Assembly (NCBI GenBank): GCA_013115145.1
Contig: JAAPAO010000124.1
Location: forward strand, 4,271 to 68,270
Source: Perkinsus chesapeaki ATCC PRA-425
Lineage: Eukaryota > Protista > Perkinsozoa
DNA: 64,000 bases
Direction of reading: 5' to 3'
In this document: in pieces, positions 37,478-51,799 of the stretch
Numbering within the stretch: position 1 is the stretch's first letter
Layout of the letters: each line of letters starts with the position of its first letter
Program-made: the position numbers and the translations under genes
The notes under the pieces: model-generated
The model's database searches: none
What the model was told of the DNA's origin: nothing
Seen by the model: the letters and a program-made list of their open reading frames with translations, nothing else

Positions 37478-38992
37478 TCAATTACTGTCTGAAGTCTGAT
37501 CGACCTTATTAGCCTTCTCCACAAGCTTTCTAACATCATCAATATGAAGTATCTTGCTAGTAGTCTTCTTGGTATCCTCAGCAAGTCGGACCGAGTTATA
37601 ATGCAAACCTGATGGATTCAATCACCTACAAAGATATCCTTCTTCTAATTACCATCATGATAGCTCAGAACAGCGCAAGGAGCTGACTCGTCGAAATTCT
37701 TCATCTCAATCATCTGTAGCTCACTGGCTTCGTATGCGTGCTGAGCATCACCATCAAGAGCTGCTGCTGCTGGTGTTGCTGCCCACCTGGCTTACCAGTA
37801 CAATCTGCAACACTACTACATTAACTCTATAGTGCTGTGAGAGGGCTTGGAGCTCAATATTGCCACCCCACACTTTATCGTTCTGCATCTTTTGAGTGTA
37901 AACTGCCATTGTTACTCCTAAAAGATCAGAGCACGCCATGTGATGGTGAACTGAACTAGCTTAGATAGATTCAGTCTCATCTCATCGCGTCGAAGAGATG
38001 CACAACTCCGCAAGAGCTACAAAACATCGCACTCGAAAAAAAAGAGGATGGGGTTCGGGAGCGTCCAAGCAGGTTGTCAAGTGCTATGGGGTGGAATTTT
38101 GAGTCAACATCCGAACATTGAATGAGAATTCCAAGCAACAGTGTTAGAATAGTCACCTGCTTACAAGGCGAATGCCGCTTTTCCCGAAGTGATTGAAATG
38201 TTCCACGACTACCAGATACTTCATCTATAGCAAGCAACAAGGCATGGCCGATACTACAGACCGCGGGCGCCTTGGACACACCTGCCCATCTCCATCGATA
38301 CCGCCGCCCCTCGCTACTACCCGGCTCCATAAATGGTTCGAATGCATTATCATTTCTTCTTATATATTGGACAGCAGCTTTCCTAGCGTTCTTATAATCC
38401 TTCGGGCCATCAGCATCATATCCGAGCTGATCCACAAATGACCGGAACATACAATTTCCGTCTGATGAAGAATCTTTGTCCAGCTTAACTTCCCAACTTC
38501 ACCTTACCATTCTGGACTTCTCGTATCCTCAGACCGGCCTCTCCAAGTTTCCTGAACACCGTTGCGATCACATCACCGACTGATCCGCCATTACTTTTGG
38601 AAAACTTGCATGCTTCTATACCAGCCCTCAGCGCCATCCAGATCTATCTCTCCTCTAGCAGCCGCCTCCTCCCTGTCCTGCTCTATCTGAGCTGCTCGAC
38701 GTGCCAAGGCTGCTGCCTCTCGCTTGGAGTCCTGAACACTCGTATAGGAATGCAGCAAGGTGGACTGCTGCTGCTACTTCCTCTTTCTTTTTCGTTTCAG
38801 CTTTTTGCCTGTCCGAATTGAGATTGGTAGTTTTAAACTTCTTTTTCGAGGCGTTCTTCTTGCCAAATATCCCTACCCATAGAATTAAGCATTACTTTTC
38901 GTGAGCGCTTCATCACCCTTTAAAGCTGTCGATGTTGTTGAGCCCACGTCAACTTGAGGAGCTGCTGCACTACCCTCTTCACTCGATGTCAT
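37478..38992 (-). CDS. OTU-domain deubiquitinase
   Basis: SDGNCMFRSFVDQL; ARKAAVQYIRRNDNAFEPFM; WGGNIELQALSQHYRVNVVVLQ; YHD|GLHYNSVR. Confidence 0.9.
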
Positions 38993-39284
38993 AACAAACA
39001 CAATCCTCCTCTGGATTTATTATCCCCACCAAAAGCTACTTCACAACGCAAATCGATATGGCTTGAATATTATTATTAAGGAAACTCTTCCAACTTGATG
39101 TTGTTGTTGTTGATACCGTCAATCATCAGCTCCTTGGTGCCACTAAGGACCAAAGGGGCCGACGTCGCACAGACGGTGACAACTAGGCTGCTGCTTGTGT
39201 TGATGCTGGAGACTACCCCAAGTAGTGAATGGCAGCCGCCACAGGACAGCAGCAGCAGCAGTAGTCTGGAGGGAATAATACCGC

Positions 39285-39837
39285 TTACGCCTTCTGACCG
39301 AAGAACATCTGGACACGCTGCATAATGGAATCCTAAACAACAGAGATGGTTATCCCAACAGAAGGAGTGGAGATCGTTGTGGCAGCATGCTCCTCCTCCT
39401 CCTTACCTGAGCAGGGTTGTAGGGGCACTCCTTACTGGGAATCTCCAATACAGTGGGGATGGCATTACCAGAGCTAGTGTACCTTAATGAGCTCATTAAC
39501 AAGGAAGAGGAAGAAGAGCTCTAACTTACTTGCGGACAACATGACGGATTTGCTCAGCGATGGGCTGGTTGATAATAACAATGGCAATGTCAGGGCGCTG
39601 GACGAAGGTACGGAAGGCATCCTCGATGTCGCTGCGTCGGGTCTCTAAAAAGGGAACGGATTAACATCAAAAATAAAAGCAAAGCCTTCACGTACTGGCA
39701 TCAACAACAAGGAAGTTGGTGACTCCATTCCCATCACGCATACCAGCGCCAGCTAAGCAGAAGCCAGATACGGTCTCCTCATCACCGATAATGGCAACAT
39801 GAAGGTCACTCTTCTTGGAGATCCTAGCAGCAACCAT
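39285..39837 (-). CDS. ATP6V1F: V-type proton ATPase subunit F
   Basis: Hand-spliced (absent from ORF track): VAIIGDEETVSGFCLAG...NFLVVDA|KTRRSDIEDAFRTFVQRPDIAIVIINQPIAEQIRHVV...IPTVLEIPSKECPYNPAQ|DSIMQRV. Confidence 0.95.
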
Positions 39838-40030
39838 AGGAAAAAAGTAGACGGGGGAAGTTTAACAAAGGAGTTACTGATAATAATAAGCTACGCTGTT
39901 CAGCCGACACCTCCAAAGCTGCGACAACAACAACAAGTCGATGATGGAAACTATACATGAGGCGATTGCATGTCAAAAACCACTAACCACTCCGAGGGTC
40001 ATGAAAGTGTAAGGTGGTTGGATCAACAAC

Positions 40031-42613
40031 CTAGCTGCCACTCACTACTAGTTCACTTAGCAAAAACCCTAAACCAGCAACTACGCAGATCGACACAAAG
40101 GAGACAGGCAGCCCCGGGCGGATGAAATCCGAAGCCTTTAGCCATGGATGGTTATCATCCCCTTGCCTTCGAATAGCTGTGGCATTAACATTAGGGGTCG
40201 AGCTGACCGGAAGGGCACAACCAGCTGATAGAGCCAAGGCTGCTGGAATGCCAAGCACAGCAACGCTCATATTAGAAGGGACAACGAACTCACCAAGGGA
40301 ACAGATGAAGGGCATGAGGACATTCGCTGCGGCAGTGTGCGACACTAAAGTAGACACGAGTGTCACAAAAGCTACAGTAGCCAAAATGCACACCCATAGG
40401 GGGGCCTCTTGGATGGCCGATGATGCATGATCACTAGCGATTACTAACAATTGAGAATCACGAACCGCGAGGGCTAATGTGGAGCCACCTGCGAGGAGGA
40501 AGCATACATCCCATGGAAGGGAGAGGAAGTCAGCTTTAGTGAGCAGCCCTGGTATAGCGTACAGGGTTATTAGGGGAAAGAGTGCTGATAGAGATACATC
40601 GCCGAAAGCCATAACAGTCAAGGAAGAGCACAACCACATCAACACAGTTAAACACACAATAACGATAACGCAGACACGACGCCAATCACTGCAAAAGTTG
40701 CCGGTACCAACCAGCCGTGGAGGAAGAACTAAATGGTCCGAGTCCGGCGCTAGACTGCTGCTGGTGACCACCGAGCCGCCGCTGCCCCCCTGGGCGTTCA
40801 AGAGGGGTACGCTGGTTACCCGGACGTCGTCTGATGGAGCCAAATAGTGGGGCTTGAGCAACCAAAATGTCAGAAGGAGCAACACAAAGCTTGTCGGGAG
40901 AGCTACAGCGCACCACTCACCGAAGGTTAGTCCATAATTAGTGTGTAGGAGTGCGAAGGCAACTACACTTTGTGGAGAGGCCACTGGACTGGTCATACCA
41001 CCGATATTGCAAGCAAAGGCGATAGCGACCAACAACGAGCGACCATAGTTGAGGGTAGTGACACGATTCTGAGGCAGCTCATCAAGAATTGGTGACGCAA
41101 CGCTCATGCACAAAACGCTTGCAGCCACGTTGCCAACTGCTGCACTAGTGGCATAACCGAGGAACATGAGCACCATCAAGGTGCGGGTACGACTGCCTCC
41201 CGACGCCAGACGGAGTAGGACACATGCTAACTCTTTATCAATACGAAGCTTGGAGAGAGCAGCTGCTAGGGAGAAGCTCGCAAGGACCATCAGCTGGGCA
41301 CCGCTCCACATTGCTGCCATCGACATCTGAGCCGCCAAAGCACGATTACCATGGCATGATGGAAGAGTGTCGAGGAGAACTACCAATAGAGGGATGGCGA
41401 GACCGGTAATGTGTAAAGGTAGTGTACCAAGGGACCAGAAGGAGCTGGCTAGCCAAAGGAGAGCTAGGCATCTTCGGGCCGCACTGGGCATACCGGGAAG
41501 GGGGATGAGCAAAAGTGATAGAAAAACCGCAAAAACGATTGTGTAGATCACAATTGGTGCCCAAAATATCTTGATATAATCTCGTATGGTTAAACTTGGT
41601 GGAACCCTAAGTTCGACTGTTGCATGGAGCGGGGAGACCAACGAGCCCTTGGCATCTTCAGGTGACAATGATGATGATGGGCCCACCACAGAGTTGCGAT
41701 GCTCGACACTTTTAGCGAAGAACCTATCGAGTGTACCTCTACTAGCAGCAATGCCGAGCCGAGACCGCTGCCTGAAGCAAGATGCCCCATGATAGGAGGA
41801 ATGGCAATGATGATACCTTTCAAGTTTAATTAAATCATGCCAGACTGTTCCACGATCCCAGACTAGCATCTCCGACAGGCTTTGTGATAGCTCCTCCGCG
41901 GCAATTTGGACATCATCATCACAAAAGCTCGTGGCGTAGCTGAAGGCCATAAGCGTCCCAAGTGACGACGAGCCCACCTTTGCTGGATCGCATCGATCAA
42001 AGGTTTAACTTCCGTTTCCAAATGCCGTTGCATCTCACAAAGTGGAGAACAATTCAACAGGAATGTAGGAGAGTGGGTCGAACCATGAAACTTGTCGAAC
42101 TTTTTAACCAGCTTTCGAGCGCCCTGAGCAACGCTGCCTCCTCCTCCTCCTAGACAGCAGCAACCTGTATGAGCACCTCCGAGTTAAGATGCACGAAGTT
42201 GGACAACTCCTTCAGCTGCAAGTAGAGCTCCGCACACGATTTCCGGTACTTCGGGTGGACCTTCTCGAAATCTTCCAGAGGGTCGAGGAGCTCATTGAGC
42301 CACGATGAAAGCCTCGATAGAATCTGAAAGACAACATCGCCACTGCGGGAGCCGCTACCAGCTCACATCACAGAAATACGCCAACACACGCTCCAAGTCG
42401 GTCGCAATCTCCTTGCTGAATTCCTAAGACAAGATGAACCGGCTTAATTGATAGGGACGGGTCGACCTTCCATGCTAGATCAGGTGGTCGAATGCCTTCC
42501 CCTTCAGCATCATGACGTTGCTCTTTAATAAACTTCTTTAATCTCTTATAATTTATATAACCATCATGCCATGGACCGAAGGCGTTGAATTCCAACTCGT
42601 AGCTGAATTTCAT
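40031..42613 (-). CDS. SPX-domain SLC13/CitT permease (Pho87/Pho90/Pho91-like low-affinity phosphate transporter)
   Basis: N-terminal SPX signature MKFSYELEFNAFGPWHDGYINYKRLKKFI; long exon with many TM helices and AFACNIGGMTSPVASPQS, SHTAAANVLMP, LPVSSTPN motifs. Confidence 0.92.
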
Positions 42614-42885
42614 CCAACAAAAATAATATTCTTATAACGGCTAGAAATAACCGGATCGACAACACAACAGGACTCAGTGACTCTACAAATTTACCACGGA
42701 AAGCATCCAAGAAGGAGGAGCACCATTACCACCATCAACGAGATCGAAGTGATGAGGAAGTCCAACTTCAACAATCAGCCAACTCTGATGACGACTCTGC
42801 CCTCAGACAGAGATGTGTTAGCAAAAGATCAAGGTAAAAGGAGGAAATGTCGCGGGAACGTAATCATCGTCACTGCGCCACGAAA

Positions 42886-45344
42886 TTACTTCCCCTTGGC
42901 TGCCAGCGCTGTACGGACGTACTCGTAATGTGGAGCGGACCTAAGAATGATTAAAGCTCATCAATGAGAGGATACCACCGAGTTGGATGATGAGCAACTT
43001 ACTTCGTGTCACCATAGACCACATAAGTCGGGTTCTTCTTCAACAACTTAGCAGCGACATTTTTAAGGTCAGCTTCCGTAACAGCATCAACTCGTTTAGC
43101 GAACTCCTCAGGTGTCACAACCTTAAGCCAACTACATGACATCATCAAAGCCAAACGACGCACCTTCCCGCTCATTATGATCTGCCGGCCGATATCCTCC
43201 ATCAACACCTTAGAGTTTTCCGCGTTCATGAAGATATTGCCCTTCAAAGTGTTCTTGGCTCGAGTCACTTCCTCAGGTGTGAAGGAGTTCTGCCAACATC
43301 AATGACCAGCAAAGCTCAGCAACAACCTCACCAGTTTATGAAGCTCATTAACCGCGATGTCCACCAGCCTTGGTGCCTCCTGGCCGAAGCCCGTGATGTA
43401 CATACCAAAGAGGCCAGAATCCGAATATCTAACAGCAGCAACGACAAATGATCAGCTGACATCAGCTCACACCACAGTTTACTGAGTATTGAAAGCCATG
43501 CAACTCTCAACATTAGGGTTCTGATTCAGGACATTGAGATAAAGGCGAGAGTGCATCCCCTTCCCTGGGCCACCAGTCGAGAAGGAGCCACCACCGCCTG
43601 ATAACAAACAACAATAAGGAGGTCAACAACGCCTCATCAGCGAACATGCCTACCGAGTAAAGTCTGAAGGACGGTCACCGGCACTAAGTCCGCCGAATTC
43701 CAGCCTTCGGTCTCAAAACCGATAGCGATATTGCAGACCGGCATGTTAGCATTCTCCTCAAGTTTATAACCTCCAGTGTAGACTGGCTTCTGCTCCTCCC
43801 GAGGCATGTTCGGGATGGCGACATCTAAAAAATACCGATCAAAGTTGGACAGAGAGGATTCCTCCTACACTCAGCAAAGCTCCTCATTAACCATTTGCAG
43901 AGCTCATCATGGTCGACATTGATGCCAACAAATACGCTTCGCTCCGCCGAGAAATGTTTCATCATGTACTCGCGGATATTATCACCGGTGAAGTGATCCA
44001 GTGCCCTATTAACATCACTCCCAAACCACAGCTCATCTCGACAGCAACTTACCTTCCCTCGTTGGCAAGGAGTGCGTTACCGAGAGTGTTGTTGTGATAG
44101 GCGGTTTGGTGGAGCAACTCCGATACGTATTGATCGGTATCGGCCTTAAGCCTCTCATGTGCCTGATCACCATTTCCAGTACCCCAAAGCCGATACTTAA
44201 TCTCACCTTTTTAATCTCCTTATGACAAGCATTAACCTCCCATGGCAGCAGACGAGGGAACAGAACGTTACCAACGACCAGAGTGCTCGCCACTGGCATG
44301 TACTCCCTCAGCAGCTCCAAATTATACATCATATGTTCACGTCCAGCTTGGCAACCACCGTTCATGCCCAACACCTCGATGGTCTTGATCGTACGAAGGT
44401 GTGACAGATGGGCAGTTGACCTAAAAGAGGAAGGGTGACAACAATGCCGACAAGTTGGCTTACCTGAATGCCACGCACTCAACCATATGAGATAAGCCCT
44501 CTTCAGCGGGAGTCTCGAATCTACTTCCTGCGTGGACGAAAAGACCAAGATTTGCGGTGAGCTGAAATGATAATTATTGTCTTCAATTTAGAACAATTGT
44601 TACCCCCTGTTTGTCCACAGAAACGATACGCATGCCATTCTCAAGCACAGAGAACTTCATCTCCGGCTTCTTAAGCTGTGGTGCCTAAGAGACCATACCC
44701 TCACTTGGTAAGGTGCTGCTGTGGCTTACGGGAACGTCTGTGAGGATCGGGATATCGAGAGGCACATCACGGTACTTGTTGTCCTTGTGCTCACCGCCGA
44801 TGTAATAAAACCTGATCGAGGGAAGTGGACGCTGAGAGGAGAGAGATGACTTACTGAAAGTGGGGGACTTCTTTAACGACTTCGCTCACATCTTCTTGCT
44901 TGAACTTAACCACGTTGTAAGGGGTGCCTTGGATAGTACCTTACAAGAAAACCGCGCTCTCGAAGCTAAATTCGGCTAAGGAAATGATAATTTCAGTCAC
45001 TGCATTAACCTGTGGGGTATCGTGCACGCTTCGACCTATGATACTCTTGAGATGCCACTACCGCAGCTACCAGATTATCCACCCGCTATGAAACCCTCAA
45101 CGAGTACAACCAAAATGACGCAAAATTGTCCCCTCAAATGAGTAGGTTCTCTTCAAACAACATTTATATAATCGTTAATGAATTAAACCATCATCGGCTA
45201 TATTTTACTCATAGTGTTATCGGCAGTCTTAGCAACAGCAGCACTAGCTGAAGCATATCGACGAGCAGCCAGACACCTGCTCAAAGTTGGGGTCGAACGA
45301 CGTAGAATGGCCGATGTAGAGGGAGTAAGGAGCCTCGACAACAT
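42886..45344 (-). CDS. PMPCA: Mitochondrial processing peptidase alpha subunit
   Basis: Mitochondrial presequence [17 protein letters not shown]...; [18 protein letters not shown]; Gly-rich loop [20 protein letters not shown]; [27 protein letters not shown]. Confidence 0.95.
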
Positions 45345-45628
45345 CTACTCAAAAAAGGAGCTGACAACATGGGCAATAAAAGCACTGTATTCATCTAAAA
45401 AAATCACAATGTGCATACTTGCTATCATGCGCCACGAAAATAGGCGCGCGCCCAAAAAATGGCAATTCGTGTTGTTGTGGTGCCTGATGATGGTATTGCT
45501 GAAGAAGGGCTGACTCCACTTGATGGTGGTGGCATGATAATCTTTATGATAACTACTTTACTGAAGGGCGATCGGTTCTTATAGATAATGAAGTTTTTAC
45601 ATTCATCATTTTGGGGTAATAATAATGA

Positions 45629-46836
45629 CATGAAATCGTCGGTGGAGTTGAACCCTTTCGTGGGTGTAAACCCGATAGGGTATAATTTACCACAAGTCTC
45701 TTCCATCGACAAAATTGATGATACTGCCGAGCCAGTGACCTTAAGAATCATAGTTGCTGGAGACCCTGCTACTGGCAGGTGTGCACTATGCAGGTACAGC
45801 TAGAGGTGTCAGAAAACAGCCGCGTATCCGTTATTGCCATTCAGAGCGCTGTGTAGCCCTGCTGTTGATAAAGGGCTCCCCAACGAGAGCCGCTATATCG
45901 GTTCAATCAATGGAGAGGGATCTCCTATAGTTCCAACAGTTCATGTTGGCGAAGACATCGTCACAACCAAGGAGGGTTCTACGCGAAAGGCAAGCAGCTA
46001 AAGACGAGGGATTATCCTCCTCCTCGGAACTTATCAGGTATTCATCGAATTCTGGATAGTCAGTTGTACATCTGACGTCAGCCTAGACTTGATAAAAGCA
46101 TCCCTTGCAGAGGCGCCACCTGACGGGGTTATACTCATATTCGACACTGACAGACCAACAACACAACATAGCTTGACCGGATGGTTATTCGACTTCATAT
46201 CCCCCGACCCGGATAGGTTAGCCGATGCTCTTGATGGCTTTACCTTAATAACGCTTCCTTCAGTTCTACTTCCCCTACAAGAAGCCGATCACTCAGCACG
46301 CTAGGTGGCATCGATACTGCACGAGACGTCACTAGTGGTGTTTGCCCTCTGATGGTCGTGGCTAATAAAAGGCAACACCTAGATAAATGGCAATGGTCGA
46401 ATGGCGAGGCGCGGCTACCAACACCACCAACATGGGTTGATAAATTCCTTGTTGGTATCATTGTACCGCCACACTCCTCACATGCCATTTCTCTTGTGTA
46501 GGTGAGATGTCCCCGCGCTGGGCGTCTGCAATGTCGAGTAAAGCCGCCGCCGGGAACGGTATGGAGGCTGTTCGGAACAAACTACTTCGTAAGGGCCACG
46601 AAATGACGCAGATTAGCATGCTCGATATTCAGGATTCGACTCGAGCAACTCCGGCAGTGAAACTATATTCACAATTGCATCACTCAGCGACGACACAACA
46701 ACGGAGCTTGATCGCCGAGCGTGGACGGAGCTTCTTCGACGATCATTACGGTATCATCATCAAAAGCTTTTCGGTGGTGTCTAGTTTCAATACTCTTATA
46801 TATACAAACAGAAAGCTGCTGTTGCGTTCTAGTTAA
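45629..46836 (+). CDS. RABL3-like atypical small GTPase
   Basis: LRIIVAGDPATG (G1-like); VFIEFWIV; DGVILIFDTDRPTTQHSLTGWL; PLMVVANK (G4-like). Exon joins partly uncertain. Confidence 0.55.
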
Positions 46837-46930
46837 AGGTGACTCCAACACAAAGCAATGAAGGACAACCGATCATTGTTAAGTCAACAACAACACCACC
46901 ACCACGGACATGGCTCGGAATGAGTACTGT

Positions 46931-48353
46931 TCAAAGAAGTGGTATCTTGAGCTGCTTTGCTATCACGAAGGCCCTGGGGTGACCAACTGCATATGCTGCC
47001 CACTTTGGCGCCAACTCGTCAATATCGCGCTGGTGGAACGCTTCTTGCTTCCTCTGGGTTAGTCGTTGAACCTCTCTCCGCATATAGTTGATACTACTCA
47101 GTTTGCAAGGTATCCTGAAAAACATATTGATGCACACAAACTGCGGCAGTAGAACACTCACTGCTTCTTGTCGCCCTCGAAATGGAATATTATAATGGCA
47201 ATCATAGCATGATCTCGAACGTCATTCCAATAGACTCTACCTTCAACGGTGCCCAAGTCCTGATACAAAGATACAGGTGGAAGCTTTTACTTATCGGAAA
47301 TGCACACTAACCGCACGGAAATCCTCACAGTTGAATGTGCAGATGTGTCCGGGTTATGACAGTTACTATTTACAAAGGCATGGAGAAGCTTCCAATAAGA
47401 AAGCATAGTCGAGGGTGATTGGAAATGTGGTATCTCAATATTCCACACAACTGCCTTACATCCTTCATTGCACATGACTCTGACCACATTAGTTCTTTTT
47501 CCGGCATCCTTTGAAAATCACTTTCAACGATCCAAGCGACAACCAATACAGCAGCCTCGCGTGGACTAGAGCTCATCATTTCCTTCAATGCCTTCACGTT
47601 GTATTTTTCTGTGTATCTTTTGCTCGGCAGACTCCTCTCCACTTCCAACTCAGCAACTAACCTCTTACCCCACTCAGCGACAGCCTCTTCACACTTATCT
47701 GTACTGAGATTCAGATCATCTATCATCTTAGCTATTGGTAAATCTTGGGGATTAATGAACCATCTAAGGAGGTTGCTAGTGCCGGAAGCTGTCTCATCAT
47801 TCAATTGCTCCCAACTCGTGTCACCAACGTAAGCGTGAATTGAACTAAGATAAAGAATGATCACCATCAAACAAACAATCAACTTACTGTTTCTCTCCAA
47901 GTGTAACATAGTCGATCACATATCGATCACCGTCCAGCTTGGCTCCCACCGACACTTGCCACTAAAGGTCGGCGCTATCACCGAGTAACAGTGGAGTAAA
48001 TCCTACTGGCTCTGCGATCTCGATCCGCGAAATCGCTGAAGCACCTTTCCTCGAAGAATACGGATTTTCGTGAAGATGAGCCATCCGGGCACCGCCGAAA
48101 TGAGTCCCCTCAATGACGCAGTGAGACTGCTGCCGTTTGGGGCTGTTAGTTCTCTTAGACTTCTTAGCTACCATCGGAAAGCTATGGTTATTAATCATGG
48201 CATTGCGTTTACCTTTCGCACTCAAGTGCGAGCTAGATGTGCTGGTGGAACCCTGCAAGAATAGTAGAAGGCGTTCGCTACGACGAGCCTATTCGGGGAA
48301 CTTACCCTTACTTCGAACAGAGTAATTAGAAGAAAGGCAAGGGAAGGCTGCAT
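46931..48353 (-). CDS. Secreted hypothetical protein, tandem family member A
   Basis: Signal-like MQPSLAFLLITLFEVR|G; SHCVIEG; WQVSVGAKLDGDRYVIDYVTLGEK; LRWF...CEEAVAEWGK; INYMRREV. Confidence 0.65.
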
Positions 48354-48575
48354 TAGTGTGTTATAACAAACATCAACAGCTGTATGAACATCCTCTACAT
48401 TGAAGTCAACAATTGACTGAAGGCTATACTGTATACTATAATCCAGGGACCGCCCTGTATGGGGAGAAGTGGGAATTCGAGTGATTGTGAGAGGCCCTTA
48501 TAATGCGTTGAACACTGCAACCTTTTATAGTGTAACATTGACACCATGAACAACACCTTTATGAATGACTAATGT

Positions 48576-49839
48576 TTAATCTCTACTTGGTGCTAGACTA
48601 GCATGCCAACCAGAAGCGATTCCTGCGAGAATCACTGCCTTGCGCTCTACTCCCCAATTAGCTGCTTCGCTGAAGGTATCATTCTCATCAACTAGCCCCC
48701 ATTGACGAGACATGTCCTCGACTAGAGGGGTCGGAATTATGTCCCAAGATTCATCTTCTTGCCAGATGTGAGGTTCCGATCTCATGTAGTTGACGTTTTG
48801 GGGAAGAAGAGGAATTCTGAAAGTGAAACGGTACGAGGTGGACGGATAAAGCAATGCACCTAATGCTTTCAACTCCAGGTTTTGTGAAGTCTATAGAACA
48901 GACTTGAGTTGGTGTAGCATCTTTAAGTAAGAAAATCGATGCAGTTATTGGAGACTGAGAATGACCATAGTGGCACCGACATACGGCGAATAGCATCTCA
49001 CCTGTGAAGGGCCGAAGACGTGGGAGACGGTGGACGTGCCCGGGCCTCCTCTTGCTTTCATTGACGCATACCAGACCTCCCTAGCAATATCCAATATAGC
49101 GGAGTCGTTTTGTGGGCGAAATACAACATTCACAGCTTGGGGTTCATAAGATAAGTCTTCACTTTGTTGAAGGAGCTTTCCCCATTCAACAATGTTTTCT
49201 TCACAGCCAAGACCTAGCCTAACTCTGTCAATTGCCGTTGTGAGCCGTGAGGTGTTGAAGCAAAAATACCAGGATAAGGTGGGACTCTTGTGCAGCGTTC
49301 GCTTTGGACTCTCGTCCGTCTTCACTAAGGACCTGAACAAAGTGATACGGTATAACCTCGACCATATTGTTAGCGCTTTAGCACTGTGCTAATAGCACAA
49401 CATACAATGTGTGTCCGTATGTCACATAGTCAATAACGTACTTCTTCTTTATGGAATCGAACTTGGCAGCAACTGACGCCTGCCACTAAGAGGAAGGATC
49501 AGAATGAAGTTTAACAAGCCCTTCATACTGTAGTTGACATGGTCTGTGTGTGATCCCCGTGTTTCTTCACCCAAGGCCCCCTATGGGACACATCGTAAGC
49601 TTCCAAGACACACGAAGCAGCTGCTGCCTAAGATGCCATGTTAGAAGGTTCGAATTATCAAGGGATTGAAGGATGAAGCTTACTTCTTTCACTTTTCGTT
49701 TCTTCCAGAAAGGCTGAGAGAACACGTATGGAGATGAAACGTACAAATGCAGTCTGCGGCATACCTTCATTCCATCGGTGCCCTTTATTTCATCGTACAA
49801 GATCAACAGAGCGACGACGGAGATAACCGAAGAGAACAT
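48576..49839 (-). CDS. Secreted hypothetical protein, tandem family member B
   Basis: Signal-like MFSSVISVVALLILYDEIKG; SCVLEA; WQASVAAKFDSIKKKYVIDYVTYG; LSWYF...CEENIVEWGK; NVNYMRSE; LAGIASGWHASLAP. Confidence 0.65.
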
Positions 49840-50041
49840 GTTAACGGTAAAAGCGTATAAATCGCTGTCGATTCGCACTTAACAGCGAATCGCTTGCACA
49901 CAAAAAATATCTCCGTGTGACATAGTTGTAATAGTTTTATTATAATCAACAAACGAATGACCATTGTTCGGATTGGAACATGGAATTCACCACTTCAAAA
50001 GCATCTGGAACATCTTCTACAGTAACTGGTAGCTAATTCGG

Positions 50042-51390
50042 CTAATACGTGCGAGGTACAATGTGCAGTCCCTCCAAGATCCTCCTAGCTTTAAGGGCCT
50101 CGAATGGATGGCGAATGAAGTAGCTCTTCATAACTGCCTTCAGCGAATCTTTTTTCTTGCATTCTAATTCTTTACTTCTTGTCGCATCGGCTAGCACGGA
50201 TTTCATAAAGTGAATGTTATCTTTTGTACACATTATCCTAAACAAGGCACGTTCTTTCCAACAACTATTTCCCTTACGAGGGCAGTTTAGCCTTATCCTC
50301 AAGGTTGAAAATGAGATAGCTCAACGCAGCATGATTGTTGTGCTTGCTCCAGTAAGTTTTCGCCAAGACGTTCCCCGCTCCCTGAGAAAGACAAGTACAA
50401 GGAATGTCGTTAACTATGTAAAGGACGGACGTCTAGGTGACATCTAGTTGAGAGCGTCGGGCAATCCAAACGAATAGAATAACGAGGTCCAACGGAAAGA
50501 TGCACTGCAATGTGTACTTACGAATCGCAGTTTAGCGGGAAACGTTAGCATAGCTTCGTTTTTTTCAAGACTGAACACCATTTCCTCTTCGACTCTGATG
50601 GCAAGTATAATAGCTGCCGCCTCCTCGGGATCAGCTTCCATTCTCTCTTTCAGCGCCTCCACTTCTCTGGTCACGACAACTCCATCGGTCAATGGTGACT
50701 CTGGTGTCAACTCGTCGAGGATGTTATTGGCCCAAGCAATTAAAGCGTCCTTGCAGGTGCCACTGATGGTCAGCTCATCTAGCTTCTCAACAATAGGTAG
50801 ATCATCCAACGTAACCACCAATCTTTGATATTTATCCTCCTCTATCAATTGATAACCATCCATCTTCGAACGTTTACCGTAAGATGACGAATTTCCTACG
50901 TGAACTTCTCTAGGAGAAGAACGATCGATGTAAAATAAAGGGAGGTCCCTGCACCTGTCTTGCCCCAAGGTAACATAATCTATCACATATTTCATCTTAT
51001 GCTTGTCGTACCTCGCTGCCACCGACGCTTGCCACTGAGAGTAGAATATTAAGAGACAACCGAGATGGGGGATCTTCTTACTGCCTGTAAAGTTTCCCTG
51101 TAGCTTCCCGGGAAAGTGTATGATACCCGAACCCCACTCAAGTTAGGAGACTCTACAATGCAGTGATCCTCTCGCGAGTCTACAGTCACACAGAAATTGC
51201 TCGAGTCGATAGGAGGAGGGTTGGTCTTACTAAATCCGAAAAACTGCAGGAAAGTCCTAAACTTCGATGATGAGACGGGCTAAGTACATTATGAGAAGCA
51301 CGAATGTAGGAATAGACTCACCGGTGCAGCTCTTGCTCCAACTCTCATTGCTCGGAGTAAAAACAGCACGAGCATCCAAAACATTGACAT
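50042..51390 (-). CDS. Secreted hypothetical protein, tandem family member C
   Basis: Signal-like MSMFWMLVLFLLRAMRVGARA; DHCIVES; WQASVAARYDKHKMKYVIDYVTLGQD; CKDALIAWAN; NIHFMKSV. Confidence 0.65.
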
Positions 51391-51799
51391 TAAAGAGTTT
51401 AAAGAAGCTCTTACTGGAGACATGTGTCACTTACTCTGTAATGGGTGTGTGGTTCCTATTGTTCCATTTGATACTGTCGATACCTATTTGCGTCGCAACT
51501 ACATACTGGGGTTACAAATGGTAGCACGTGGGGCATATTTGCATCCTACAGAGTTTCAGAAAGAATGGTAAGTAAGATGGTGGACTTCACGGTAACTCAG
51601 ACTGGGAGGGAATGCAGTATACGTTATCTGAATCCTGTCAGAGCCTACGCTATGCACTGCCTGCAACAAGCAATATGATAATAATACAACACCGAAACGA
51701 TTTAACAACGACATCATCATTATCACTATCATGGACTGTAACATCACCTTCTGAGTGGGTTAATAACATCATATAAGAGGCCGAACATGATTGAGTGGA

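Noticed and set aside
40122-40847. Plus-strand ORFs over the transporter
   Set aside because: Antisense shadows of the long minus-strand CDS.
45214-45513. 99-aa plus-strand ORF
   Set aside because: Antisense to the MPP-alpha first exon, which encodes a convincing mitochondrial presequence.
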